From an uncultured Thiomicrospira sp. (GTDB lineage: Bacteria; Pseudomonadota; Gammaproteobacteria; CAKMZV01): a DNA stretch of 32,000 nucleotides. This document shows, piece by piece, positions 11,401 to 19,202 of the stretch (positions are counted from its first letter, which is position 1; every line of letters starts with the position of its first letter). The notes beneath the pieces are model-generated. The model made no database searches and was not told the origin of the DNA. It was given only the letters and a program-made list of their open reading frames with translations. The DNA is taken from assembly GCA_965195345.1 (NCBI GenBank), contig OZ239628.1, positions 803,339 through 835,338 of the forward strand. The letters are read 5' to 3'. Both the position numbers and the translations under genes were made by a program.

Positions 11401-13250
11401 GCTCTACCACTTTAGTGATCACCGTTACTGATGGTGATGGCTTAAGCACTTCAGCAACCGCTCAAGTTACTGTTGTATCAGGTGTTTTGAATGTTTTGAA
11501 TGTAAATTTAAATGTTAAGCGCATTAACTTTTCTTGGAACACACTTCCTGCAGCAAATCATTACCGCATGCTTAGCAATGTTGATGTGAATGCTGGTGGT
11601 GGTTTTGTTGATGCCAGTAGCGCAGGTTTGGTGTTTGTACCGAATAGTACGAATATTATCAATACTACAGTCTCTGCAACAGTGGATATAGCACGCTATC
11701 TTTCTACGGCTGATGGACCACAGTATCTGCTACAAGCTTGTAGTAGTGTTGACAATTCCGTTTGTTCTGATCTTGCGCAAGAATCTCTGAGTAATATTCA
11801 GTTAGAGGGATTGATTGGTTATTTCAAGGCTTCTAATACAGATGCAGATGATGAATTTGGTGAGGGTGTCGCAATAAGCGGTGATGGCAACACATTAGTT
11901 GTCGGTGCACCATTTGAGGACAGCACCGCCACTAGTATCAACGGCGATCAAACAAACAATAGTGCGGGTGATTCTGGTGCAGCCTATGTTTTCGTGCGCA
12001 GTAGTACGGGCAGCTGGCGTCAACAAGCATACCTTAAAGCCTCTGATGCACAAGCTAATGATCAGTTTGGTGCAGTTGTAACAATAAGCAATGACGGTAA
12101 TACTATAGTTGTTGGTGCAGAATTTAAGGATGTTGGCGCTCCTGGCGGTGTCCCCCAAGGCGACGCTGGTGCAGCCTATGTTTTCGTGCGCAGTAGTACC
12201 GGCAGCTGGCGTCAACAAGCTTTCATCAGCGCTTCTAATCTAAATGCCAATGATCGGTTTGGAAGAACTGTATCGGTTGCTGCTGATGGTAATACACTCG
12301 CTATCGGTGCACCTTTAAAAAGTGTACCTGGCACAAATCCTTTCACGGGTCAACCTGCGAGTATAGCTAATGTTGGTACAGCCTATGTTTTTGTACGCAG
12401 TAGTACGGGTACATGGAGTGAGCAAGCTTTATTGACACCACCTGCTGTAACACTTAATGCTAATTTTGGTAATGCTGTATCGATGAGTGGTGATGGTAAT
12501 ACCATGGTCGTTGGTGCAGTTGGTGACCAAAGTACTGGCATGGGTATCGACAGTGATGAATTCACCACTTTTGTTTTTGGTTCTGGTGCAGCCCATGTTT
12601 TTGTACGCAGTAGTACGGGTACATGGAGTCGGCAAGCTTATATTAAAGCCTCAAATTCAGAAAGTGTTGATCTCTTTGGTACAGCTGTATCGATGAGCGG
12701 TGATGGTAATACCATGGTCGTTGGTGCACCACAAGAAGACAGCAATGCCACGGGTATCGACGGCGATCAAGCAAATAATGGTAGTGGTGCTGATGGTATT
12801 AATTCAAATTCTGGTGCAGCCTATGTTTTTGTGCGCAGTAGTACGGGCACATGGACGCAAGATGCCTATATCAAAGCCTCAAATACAGGACTTGGTGATG
12901 AGTTTGGTTTTGCTGTTTCAATGAGAAGTGATGGTAATGCGTTCGTTGTTGGTGCACCATTTGAGGACAGCAATGCCACGGGAATCAACGGGGGGCAAGC
13001 AGATGGTGCTAATAACGCTGGTGCAGCCTATCTGTTTGTGCGCAGCAGCGCAGGCACATGGAGTCAACAAGCCTACACCAAAGCCTCAAACACAGGAGCT
13101 GATGATGCGTTTGGTTCAGTTCTCTCAATAAGCAGTGATGGTACAACGTTTGCTGTTGGCGCACCCAATGAAAACAGCAGTGCCACTGGTATCAATGGTA
13201 ATCAAACAGACGATAGTCAAGATAACGCTGGTGCAGCGTATTTGTATTAG
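5484..13250 (+). CDS. Gene 2: giant lipoprotein (2588 aa) with about 21 cadherin/Ig-like repeats, FN3-like module and 7-repeat FG-GAP propeller
   Basis: Complete ORF; N-terminus MGYIQRWAFLLLLVFLSACGGG (lipobox LSAC); AAGGTG upstream of ATG; EDFGTF..INTTA.DAEDG repeats; FG-GAP-like motifs; ends GAAYLY*. Confidence 0.95.
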   Translation: MGYIQRWAFLLLLVFLSACGGGDGDTIPPSTNTTPTLSLSVNAVTLDEDFGTFIINTTATDVEDGTLSVTVSGQAGLLTTNATTDQITLTSIANANGTTTLTVSATDSGALTVSTEVVVIVNAANDTPTLTFSTTQFSLNANFMPQTIATATDVDDASLLLTFALSATDVVQITTVANRFILNPITNAFGETTITLTATDSSGNQSSQRFTVHVNASIASTTPTLALSTQRITLDEDFGTFVINTTASDAEDGVLPVAVTGQDASLFAVTTSTDQIILTSVANATGIATLTVSIVDSGNLSATTEVVVVVNGINDSPTLTLSTTNLSLSEDFGTFVINTTASDAEDGVLPVAVTGQDASLFAVTTSTDQIILTSVANATGIATLTVSIVDSGNLSATTEVVVVVNGINDSPTLTLSTTNLSLSEDFGTFVINTTASDAENGRLPVAVTGQDASLFAVTTSTDQIILTSVANANGTATLTVSIVDSGNLSATTEVVVVVNGINSAPALTLSTTNLSLSEDFGTFVINTTATDVEDGVLPVAVTGQDASLFAVTTSTDQIILTSVANANGTATLTVSIVDSGNISATTEVVVVVNAINDSPTLTLSTTNLSLSEDFGTFVINTTASDAEDGVLPVAVTGQDASLFAVTTSTDQIILTSVANANGTATLTVSIVGSGNLSATTEVVVVVNAINDSPTLTLSTTNLSLSEDFGTFIINTTATDAEDGVLPVAVTGQDASLFAVTTSTDQIILTSVANANGIATLTVSIVDSGNLSATTEVVVVVNAINDSPTLTLSTTNLSLSEDFGTFVINTTASDAEDGVLPVAVTGQDASLFAVTTSTDQIILTSVANANGTATLTVSIVGSGNLSATTEVVVVVNAINDSPTLTLSTTNLSLSEDFGTFIINTTATDAEDGVLPVAVTGQDASLFAVTTSTDQIILTSVANANGIATLTVSIVDSGNLSATTEVVVVVNAINDSPTLTLSTTNLSLSEDFGTFVINTTATDVEDGVLPVAVTGQDASLFAVTTSTDQIILTSVANANGTATLTVSIVDSGNLSASTEVVVVVNAINDSPTLTLSTTNLSLSEDFGTFVINTTASDAEDGVLPVAVTGQDASLFAVSTSTDQIILTSVANANGTATLTVSIVDSGNLSASTEVIVIVNGINSSPALTLSTTNLSLSEDFGTFVINTTASDAEDGVLPVAVTGQDASLFAVTTSANQIILTSVANANGRATLTVSIVDSGNLSASTEVVVLVNAVNDTPTLTFSTTQFSLNANFTPQTIATATDVDDASLLLTFALSATDVVQITTVANRFILNPITNAFGETTITLTATDNSGNQSSQIFTVRVNGFPTLALSTQRVTLDEDFGTFVINTTASDAEDGVLPVAVTGQDASLFAVTTSTNQIMLTSIANANGIATLTVSIVDSGNLSATTEVVVVVNAINDNPTLTLSTTNLSLSEDFGTFVINTTASDAEDGVLPVGVTGQDASLFAVTTSTDQIILTSVANANGIATLTVSIVDSGNLSATTEVVVVVNAINDSPTLTLSTTNLSLSEDFGTFVINTTASDAEDGVLPIAVTGQDASLFAVTTTTNQIILTSVANANGRATLTVSIVDSGNLSATTEVVVVVNAINDSPTLTLSTTNLSLSEDFGTFVINTTASDAEDGVLPVAVTGQDASLFAVTTSTDQIILTSVANANGTATLTVSIVDSGNLSATTEVVVVINAINDSPTLTLSTTNLSLSEDFGTFVINTTASDAEDGLLPVAVTGQDASLFAVTTSADQIILTSVANANGTATLTVSIVGSGNLSATTEVVVVVNAINDSPTLTLSTTNLSLSEDFGTFIINTTATDAEDGVLPVAVTGQDASLFAVTTSTNQIILTSVANATGIATLTVSIVDSGNLSATTEVVVVVNAVNDTPTLSLSSTNLTLTANTTALITAFGVDVETSSASLIFSVQQNPSLLQVSTQGNVIVLRAGATTGSTTLVITVTDGDGLSTSATAQVTVVSGVLNVLNVNLNVKRINFSWNTLPAANHYRMLSNVDVNAGGGFVDASSAGLVFVPNSTNIINTTVSATVDIARYLSTADGPQYLLQACSSVDNSVCSDLAQESLSNIQLEGLIGYFKASNTDADDEFGEGVAISGDGNTLVVGAPFEDSTATSINGDQTNNSAGDSGAAYVFVRSSTGSWRQQAYLKASDAQANDQFGAVVTISNDGNTIVVGAEFKDVGAPGGVPQGDAGAAYVFVRSSTGSWRQQAFISASNLNANDRFGRTVSVAADGNTLAIGAPLKSVPGTNPFTGQPASIANVGTAYVFVRSSTGTWSEQALLTPPAVTLNANFGNAVSMSGDGNTMVVGAVGDQSTGMGIDSDEFTTFVFGSGAAHVFVRSSTGTWSRQAYIKASNSESVDLFGTAVSMSGDGNTMVVGAPQEDSNATGIDGDQANNGSGADGINSNSGAAYVFVRSSTGTWTQDAYIKASNTGLGDEFGFAVSMRSDGNAFVVGAPFEDSNATGINGGQADGANNAGAAYLFVRSSAGTWSQQAYTKASNTGADDAFGSVLSISSDGTTFAVGAPNENSSATGINGNQTDDSQDNAGAAYLY
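6153..9254 (+). repeat. Tandem repeat block A: 11 copies of a 282-bp (94-aa) cadherin/Ig-like unit
   Basis: Unit starts at 6153, 6435, 6717, 6999, 7281, 7563, 7845, 8127, 8409, 8691 and 8973 (exactly 282 bp apart). Consensus: TLTLSTTNLSLSEDFGTFVINTTASDAEDGVLPVAVTGQDASLFAVTTSTDQIILTSVANANGTATLTVSIVDSGNLSATTEVVVVVNAINDSP. Confidence 0.95.
9255..9524 (+). repeat. Divergent repeat subtype (TLTFSTTQFSLNANFTPQTIATATDVDDASLLLTF..) separating blocks A and B; also present at ~5865-6150 and ~600-870
   Basis: Nearly identical protein segment in all three places: FSTTQFSLNANF(T/M)PQTIATATDVDD(A/I)SLLLTFALSATDVVQITTVAN(R/Q)FILNPI.NAFG(E/D)TTITL. Confidence 0.9.
9525..11216 (+). repeat. Tandem repeat block B: 6 further copies of the same 282-bp unit
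   Basis: Unit starts at 9525, 9807, 10089, 10371, 10653 and 10935; the 11217 boundary begins a different repeat type (TLSLSSTNLTLTANT). Confidence 0.95.
11806..13247 (+). other. FG-GAP beta-propeller head of gene 2 (7 repeats, class with modified blades 2-4)
   Basis: Blade cores AISGDGNTLVVGAPFED, TISNDGNTIVVGAEFKD, SVAADGNTLAIGAPLKS, SMSGDGNTMVVGAVGDQ, SMSGDGNTMVVGAPQED, SMRSDGNAFVVGAPFED, SISSDGTTFAVGAPNEN. Confidence 0.85.
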
Positions 13251-13514
13251 AAATAAGTTAAAGTAGTAACTTCAAAAGTCTAAAAGTTTTCCAAAAATAT
13301 AAGCAAATTATTTTTGCAAGAGCACATGTTATTCCATTAGCTTTTATTCTATCGTTATGATTCTTATTGCTCTGAATTATTTCAGTTATTAGAGTAATTT
13401 GTAGTCTATAATGTCACGATTATTGACTCACTACATAGTGAGTATTTACTATTGCTATCTATGTGTAAATCACATGATGTTATCTTGTACTAACTTTCAC
13501 ACTGTGAGGATAAA

Positions 13515-15986
13515 ATGTTAAAGAATTCAGAGAAAAAAATATATCACGTAAGTTGGGGGTCTCTACTACTTTTTGTCTTTTTATCTGCCTGTGGTGGTGG
13601 CGGTGGCGGTGGCGGTGATACAGCACCTCCGATTATTGCGAGCACAACACCAAATTTAAGTGTATCGACCAATGCCATAACACTCAATGAAGATTTTGGC
13701 ACTTTTATCATCAACACCACTGCTACCGATGCAGAAGATGGAACGTTGTCAGTAACCGTATCTGGACAGGCAGGCTTGATAACCACTGATATCACCACTG
13801 ATAGAATTACCTTAAATTCTGTTGCCAATGCTAATGGCGTAACTACACTTACTGTACGTGCTACCGATAGCGGAAATCTCTCCGCTTCCACCGAAGTAGT
13901 TGTCACCATCAACGCCGTCAATGATGCTCCAACGTTAAGTTTATCAACTACAAACTTAATCTTATTACCCAATAGTACTGGTAGGATAACTGCCGTTTTT
14001 TCGGATGTGGAAACAAGTAGTAACGCATTGAATTTTGCGTTCCCAGTAAATACAGCTTTGGTGCAGGCGAGTAGGGAAGGCAATGATGTCATCGTGCTGA
14101 TATCGAGTGTTGTTGCAGGCTCAACTACTTTTGTTGTTACCGTCACTGATCAAGGTAACTTAAGCGCTTCAGCAACAGCTCGAGTTACTGTTCTCTCTAA
14201 TGCTTTGGATGTCGCGTTAAATGTTAAACGCATTGATTTTTCTTGGGGCAACTTCCCTGAAGCAAATCATTACCGCATGCTCAGTAATGTCGATTTAAAC
14301 GCTGGTGGTGGTTTTATTGATGCTAGTAGTGCAAACTTGGTATTTTTGCCAAATAGTACAAATATTATCAATACTACAGTCTCTGCAATAGTGGATGTAG
14401 CACGCTATCTTCCTGCGGTTAATGATCCGCAGTATCTGCTACAAGCTTGTACCAGTGTGGATGATTCCGTTTGTTCTAATCTTGCGGAAGGAACTCTGAC
14501 CAATGCTCAGTTAGAAGGATTGATTGGTTATTTCAAAGCTTCTAATACGGGAATGGGAGATATATTTGGTGATGCTGTAGCAATAAGTGGTGATGGTAAT
14601 ACGCTTGCAGTCGGTGCTGCTTTTGAGGACAGCGACGCCAGGGGCATCAACGGGGATCAATCAGACAATGATGCAGGTAACGCTGGTGCAGTGTATGTTT
14701 TTGTACGCAACAGTGCAGGAACATGGACACAACAAGCATACATTAAAGCCTCGAACTCACAAGGAAATGATCAATTCGCTGCCAGTGTAGACCTAAGCAA
14801 TGATGGTAATACCTTATTGGTTGGTGCACGTTTTGAAGGGAGTGGCGCTACTGGTATTAACGGTGATCAATCCAACAATAATCTTGACCAATCTGGTGCA
14901 GGCTATATTTTTGTACGCAACAGTGGAGGCACATGGAACCAGCAAGCTTACGTCAAAGCCTCTAATACGGGTCGGATTGATCAATTTGGTGCAGCTATAG
15001 CAATAAGCGGTGAAAGTGGTGCTACCGCATTTGTTGGTGCGCCAAATGAGGACAGTGGTGCGACTGGCATCAACGGTAATGAATCTGATAGTGTTGGTGC
15101 TGTAACTAACTCTGGTGCAGTCTATGCTTTTGTGCGTGATAGCATTGGTGCGTGGAGTCAACAAGCCTATATCAAAGCATCTAATACAGGAGCTGAAGAT
15201 GATTTTGGTGAAGTTTTATCAGCGAGTAGAAATGGCAATACCGTCATCGTTGGTGCGCCAAATGAGGACAGCGTTGCCACGGGCATCAACGGGGATCAAT
15301 TAGACAATTCTACAGCTAACTCTGGTGCAGCCTATGTTTTCGTGCGTAGTAGTACGGATACATGGAGTCAACAAGCCTATATCAAAGCCTCTAATACAGG
15401 ATTTACTGATCGGTTTGGTGGAGCTGTATCGATAAGTGGTGATGGTAATACCATAGTCGTTGGTTCATCTTTTGAAGACAGCAACTCTACCGGTGTTAAT
15501 GGGGTTCAAACGAATAATGGCGCAAGCAACTCTGGTGCAGCCTATGTTTTTGTGCGCAGTAGTACGGGCAGATGGAGTCAACAAGCCTACCTAAAAGCCT
15601 CCAATACAGATACAAATGATCAATTTGGTATAGCTTTAGCAATAAGCGGTGATGGTAACTCCATCATTGTTGGTGCAGTTGGGGAAGGAAGCGATGCCAC
15701 AGGTATTAACGGTGTTCAAAGCAATGATCTCTCAAATAGGGGACCTCGTGGTGCAGCCTATCTCTTTGTGCGTAGTGGTACGACATGGAGTCAACAAGCC
15801 TACATCAAATCCTCGAATACAGGTATTTTGGATGAGTTTGGTAACTCTGTTTCAATAAGTAATGATGGTAAAACGTTTGCTGTTGGTGCACCCACTGAAG
15901 ATAGCACTGCCACCGGCATTAATGGCGATCAATCAAATAATGGTACTGGTATTGGTTCAAATGCTGGTGCAGTGTATTTGTATTAG
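13515..15986 (+). CDS. Gene 3: short-stalk paralog (823 aa) with 2 Ig/cadherin-like repeats, FN3-like module and 7-repeat FG-GAP propeller; lipoprotein
   Basis: Complete ORF; MLKNSEKKIYHVSWGSLLLFVFLSACGGGGGGGGD; upstream GTGAGGAT ribosome-binding-like sequence; ends GAVYLY*. Confidence 0.95.
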   Translation: MLKNSEKKIYHVSWGSLLLFVFLSACGGGGGGGGDTAPPIIASTTPNLSVSTNAITLNEDFGTFIINTTATDAEDGTLSVTVSGQAGLITTDITTDRITLNSVANANGVTTLTVRATDSGNLSASTEVVVTINAVNDAPTLSLSTTNLILLPNSTGRITAVFSDVETSSNALNFAFPVNTALVQASREGNDVIVLISSVVAGSTTFVVTVTDQGNLSASATARVTVLSNALDVALNVKRIDFSWGNFPEANHYRMLSNVDLNAGGGFIDASSANLVFLPNSTNIINTTVSAIVDVARYLPAVNDPQYLLQACTSVDDSVCSNLAEGTLTNAQLEGLIGYFKASNTGMGDIFGDAVAISGDGNTLAVGAAFEDSDARGINGDQSDNDAGNAGAVYVFVRNSAGTWTQQAYIKASNSQGNDQFAASVDLSNDGNTLLVGARFEGSGATGINGDQSNNNLDQSGAGYIFVRNSGGTWNQQAYVKASNTGRIDQFGAAIAISGESGATAFVGAPNEDSGATGINGNESDSVGAVTNSGAVYAFVRDSIGAWSQQAYIKASNTGAEDDFGEVLSASRNGNTVIVGAPNEDSVATGINGDQLDNSTANSGAAYVFVRSSTDTWSQQAYIKASNTGFTDRFGGAVSISGDGNTIVVGSSFEDSNSTGVNGVQTNNGASNSGAAYVFVRSSTGRWSQQAYLKASNTDTNDQFGIALAISGDGNSIIVGAVGEGSDATGINGVQSNDLSNRGPRGAAYLFVRSGTTWSQQAYIKSSNTGILDEFGNSVSISNDGKTFAVGAPTEDSTATGINGDQSNNGTGIGSNAGAVYLY
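14511..15983 (+). other. FG-GAP beta-propeller head of gene 3 (7 repeats)
   Basis: Blade cores AISGDGNTLAVGAAFED, DLSNDGNTLLVGARFEG, AISGESGATAFVGAPNED, SASRNGNTVIVGAPNED, SISGDGNTIVVGSSFED, AISGDGNSIIVGAVGEG, SISNDGKTFAVGAPTED. Confidence 0.85.
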
Positions 15987-16235
15987 AAGACGTATATAGC
16001 TAAAAGGCAATTAGAGTTGTTTGATTACTCGAGCATTATGTGTTCATCAGGAGAACAGGCGCACAACTTTCTTACTTAACGTTTCGCTGTAAATGTTATG
16101 AACTGTTTGCGAATTTTCTCATGCTTTAATTTGTAATGATTGAGATTGCTGGATTGTAGATATATTGCTTTTATCAAACACATAAACTGTTGTGATAATT
16201 GTGATTTCATAGTTAAAAATAAAATATAGGCCTAA

Positions 16236-19202
16236 ATGAAAATGAAACATTTAAAGTGCTGGGGGTTTCTATTGTCACTTGTTTTTCTATCTGCCTGCGG
16301 TGGCGGCGGCGGTGGCGGTGGCGGTGATACAGCACCTCCGATTATTGCGAGCACAACACCAAATTTAAGTGTATCGACCAATGCCGTAACACTCAATGAA
16401 GATTTTGGCACTTTTATCATCAACACCACTGCTACCGATGTAGAAGATGGAACGTTGTCAGTAACCGTATCTGGACAGGCTGGTTTGCTAACCACTGATA
16501 TTACCACTGGTCGAATTACCCTAACTTCTGTTGCCAATGCTAACGGCGTAACTACACTTACTGTACGTGCTACCGATAGCGGAAATCTCTCTGCTACCAC
16601 CGAAGTGGTTGTCACCATCAATGATGCTCCAACATTGACACTATCAACAACGAACCTCAGCCTCAGTGAAGATTTTGGCACTTTTGTCATCAACACCACA
16701 GCAAGTGATGCAGAAGATGGCGTGCTTCCCGTTGCAGTGACTGGACAAGATGCCAGTCTATTCGCCGTAACCACTTCTACCGATCAGATAATACTTACCT
16801 CCGTTGCTAATGCTAACGGCATAGCTACGCTTACAGTAAGCATTGTTGATAGTGGAAATCTCTCCGCTACCACCGAAGTGGTTGTTGTTGTCAATGCCAG
16901 TCCTACATTGACACTATCAACAACGAACCTCAGCCTCAATGAAGATTTTGGCACTTTTATCATCAACACCACTGCTACCGATGTAGAAGATGGAACGTTG
17001 TCAGTAACCGTATCTGGACAGGCTGGTTTGCTAACCACTGATATTACCACTGGTCGAATTACCCTAACTTCTGTTGCCAATGCTAACGGCGTAACCACAC
17101 TTACTGTACGTGCTACCGATAGCGGAAATCTCTCTGCTACCACCGAAGTGGTTGTCACCATCAATGATGCTCCAACGTTAAGTTTATCAACTACAAACTT
17201 AATCTTATTACCCAATAGTACTGGTAGGATAACTGCCGTTTTTGCGGATGTGGAAACAAGTAGTAACTTATTGACTTTTGTGATACAAGAAAATACAGCT
17301 TTGGTGCGGGTGAGTAGGCAAGGCAATGATGTCATCGTGCTGAGATCGAACACTGCGGCAGGCTCAACTACTTTAGTTGTTACCGTCACTGATGAAGGTG
17401 GGGCAAGCGCCTCAGAAACAGTTCGAGTTACTGTTCTCTCTAATGTTTTGAATGTCGCGTTAAATGTTAAACGCATTGATTTTTCTTGGGGCAACTTCCC
17501 TGAAGCAAATCATTACCGCATGCTCAGTAATGTCGATTTAACCGCTGGTGGTGGCTTTGTTGATGCTAGTAGTGCAAACTTGGTATTTTTGCCAAATAGT
17601 ACAAATATTATCAATACTACAGTCTCTGCAATAGTGGATGTAGCACGCTATCTTTCTGCGGTTAATGGACCAGAGTATCTGCTGCAAGCTTGTACCAGTG
17701 TGGACAACTCAGTTTGTTCTAATCTTGCGCAACAAACTCTGACCAATGCTCAGTTAGAAGGATTGATTGGTTACTTCAAAGCTTCTAATACAGGTGCTGA
17801 TGATAGGTTTGGTAGGGCTGTAGCAATAAGTGGTGATGGTAATACGCTTGCAGTCGGTGCTGCTTTTGAGGACAGCGACGCCAGGGGTATTAACGGCGGA
17901 ACAAATGATGCCCTCGCCGACTCTGGTGCAGTGTATGTTTTTGTACGCAACAGTGCAGGAACATGGGCACAACAAGCATACATTAAAGCCTCGAACTCAG
18001 GAGGAGATGATCAATTCGGTGCCAGTGTAGACCTAAGTAATGATGGTAATACCTTATTGGTTGGTGCACGTTTTGAGGACAGCGATGCGACTGGCATTAA
18101 CGGTGATGAAACAAACAATGATTCAAGAGCCTCTGGTGCAGCCTATATTTTTGTACGCAACAGTGGAGGCACATGGAGCCAACAAGCTTACGCCAAAGCC
18201 TCTAATACAGGATCTGATGATGACTTTGGTGAGGCTGTAGCAATAAGTGGTGATGGTAATACGCTAATTGTTGGTGCATCTGGTGAGGACAGCACCGCCA
18301 CGGGCATCAACGGGGATCAATTAGACAATTCTACAGCTAACTCTGGTGCAGCCTATGTTTTTGTGCGTAGTAGTACTGGTACATGGAGTCAACAAGTCTA
18401 CCTTAAAGCATCTAATGCAGAAGCCGGTGATAATTTTGGTAGAGCTTTATCGGCGAGCAGTAATGGCAATACCGTCATCGTTGCTGCGCCAAGTGAGGAC
18501 AGCGCTGCCACTGGCATCAATGGGAATCAATTAAATAATTCTACAGCTAACTCTGGTGCGGTCTATGTTTTCGTGCGTAGTAGTACTGGTACATGGAGTC
18601 AACAAGCCTATGTTAAAGCCTCTAATACAGGAACTAATGATGATTTTGGTTTTGCCTTGTCACTGAGCGATGATGGTAATACCATGGTCGTTGGTGCGCC
18701 TGCTGAAGACAGCAATTCTACCGGTGTTAATGGGGTTCAAACGAATAATGGCGTAAGTAACTCTGGTGCAGTCTATGTTTTTGTACGTAGTAGTACGGGC
18801 AGCTGGCGTCAACAAGCATATCTAAAAGCCTCCAATACAGATAATGACGATCTATTTGGTCATGCTGTAGCAATAAGCGGTGATGGTAATTCCATCATTG
18901 TTGGTGCAGTAGCTGAAGAAAGCGATGCCACAGGTATTAACGGCGATCAAACAAGCAATGCTACACGTTTTTCTGGTGCAGCCTATCTTTTTGTGCGTAG
19001 TGGTACGACATGGAGTCAACAAGCCTACATCAAAACAACGAACCCAGGCTTTTTTGATGAGTTTGGTGACGCTGTTTCAATAAGTAATGATGGTAAAACG
19101 TTTGCTGTTGGCGCACGCAATGAAGAAAGCAGTGCCACTGGTATCAATGGTGATCAAACAAACAATAGTCAAGATAACGCTGGTGCAGTGTATTTGTATT
19201 AA
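16236..19202 (+). CDS. Gene 4: paralog (988 aa) with 4 Ig/cadherin-like repeats, FN3-like module and 7-repeat FG-GAP propeller; lipoprotein
   Basis: Complete ORF; MKMKHLKCWGFLLSLVFLSACGGGGGGGGGD; ends GAVYLY*. Confidence 0.95.
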   Translation: MKMKHLKCWGFLLSLVFLSACGGGGGGGGGDTAPPIIASTTPNLSVSTNAVTLNEDFGTFIINTTATDVEDGTLSVTVSGQAGLLTTDITTGRITLTSVANANGVTTLTVRATDSGNLSATTEVVVTINDAPTLTLSTTNLSLSEDFGTFVINTTASDAEDGVLPVAVTGQDASLFAVTTSTDQIILTSVANANGIATLTVSIVDSGNLSATTEVVVVVNASPTLTLSTTNLSLNEDFGTFIINTTATDVEDGTLSVTVSGQAGLLTTDITTGRITLTSVANANGVTTLTVRATDSGNLSATTEVVVTINDAPTLSLSTTNLILLPNSTGRITAVFADVETSSNLLTFVIQENTALVRVSRQGNDVIVLRSNTAAGSTTLVVTVTDEGGASASETVRVTVLSNVLNVALNVKRIDFSWGNFPEANHYRMLSNVDLTAGGGFVDASSANLVFLPNSTNIINTTVSAIVDVARYLSAVNGPEYLLQACTSVDNSVCSNLAQQTLTNAQLEGLIGYFKASNTGADDRFGRAVAISGDGNTLAVGAAFEDSDARGINGGTNDALADSGAVYVFVRNSAGTWAQQAYIKASNSGGDDQFGASVDLSNDGNTLLVGARFEDSDATGINGDETNNDSRASGAAYIFVRNSGGTWSQQAYAKASNTGSDDDFGEAVAISGDGNTLIVGASGEDSTATGINGDQLDNSTANSGAAYVFVRSSTGTWSQQVYLKASNAEAGDNFGRALSASSNGNTVIVAAPSEDSAATGINGNQLNNSTANSGAVYVFVRSSTGTWSQQAYVKASNTGTNDDFGFALSLSDDGNTMVVGAPAEDSNSTGVNGVQTNNGVSNSGAVYVFVRSSTGSWRQQAYLKASNTDNDDLFGHAVAISGDGNSIIVGAVAEESDATGINGDQTSNATRFSGAAYLFVRSGTTWSQQAYIKTTNPGFFDEFGDAVSISNDGKTFAVGARNEESSATGINGDQTNNSQDNAGAVYLY
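16398..16633 (+). repeat. Gene 4 internal duplication, copy 1 (partner 16941-17176)
   Basis: gaagattttggcacttttatcatcaacaccactgctaccgatgtagaagatggaacg...gtcaccatcaatgatgctccaac recurs 543 bp downstream with about one silent difference. Confidence 0.9.
16941..17176 (+). repeat. Gene 4 internal duplication, copy 2
   Basis: See the partner copy; the offset is exactly 543 bp (181 codons). Confidence 0.9.
17755..19199 (+). other. FG-GAP beta-propeller head of gene 4 (7 repeats)
   Basis: Seven cores from AISGDGNTLAVGAAFED to SISNDGKTFAVGARNEE; most similar to the gene 3 head. Confidence 0.85.

Noticed and set aside
6104-11449. A ladder of ~90-aa antisense ORFs spaced 282 bp apart (6305-6577, 6587-6859, ...), superficially like an array of small genes
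   Set aside because: They mirror the sense tandem repeats: each unit lacks stops on one reverse frame and begins at the same antisense ATG. The sense frame has the signal peptide, conserved domains and a continuous 2588-aa ORF, so these are compositional by-products.
16180-16230. Conserved TTGTGATAATTGTGATTT upstream of genes 4-6 as a CRP/FNR-type operator
   Set aside because: It is a direct repeat of TTGTGAT rather than the inverted symmetry expected for those dimeric regulators; there is not enough evidence to call a site.
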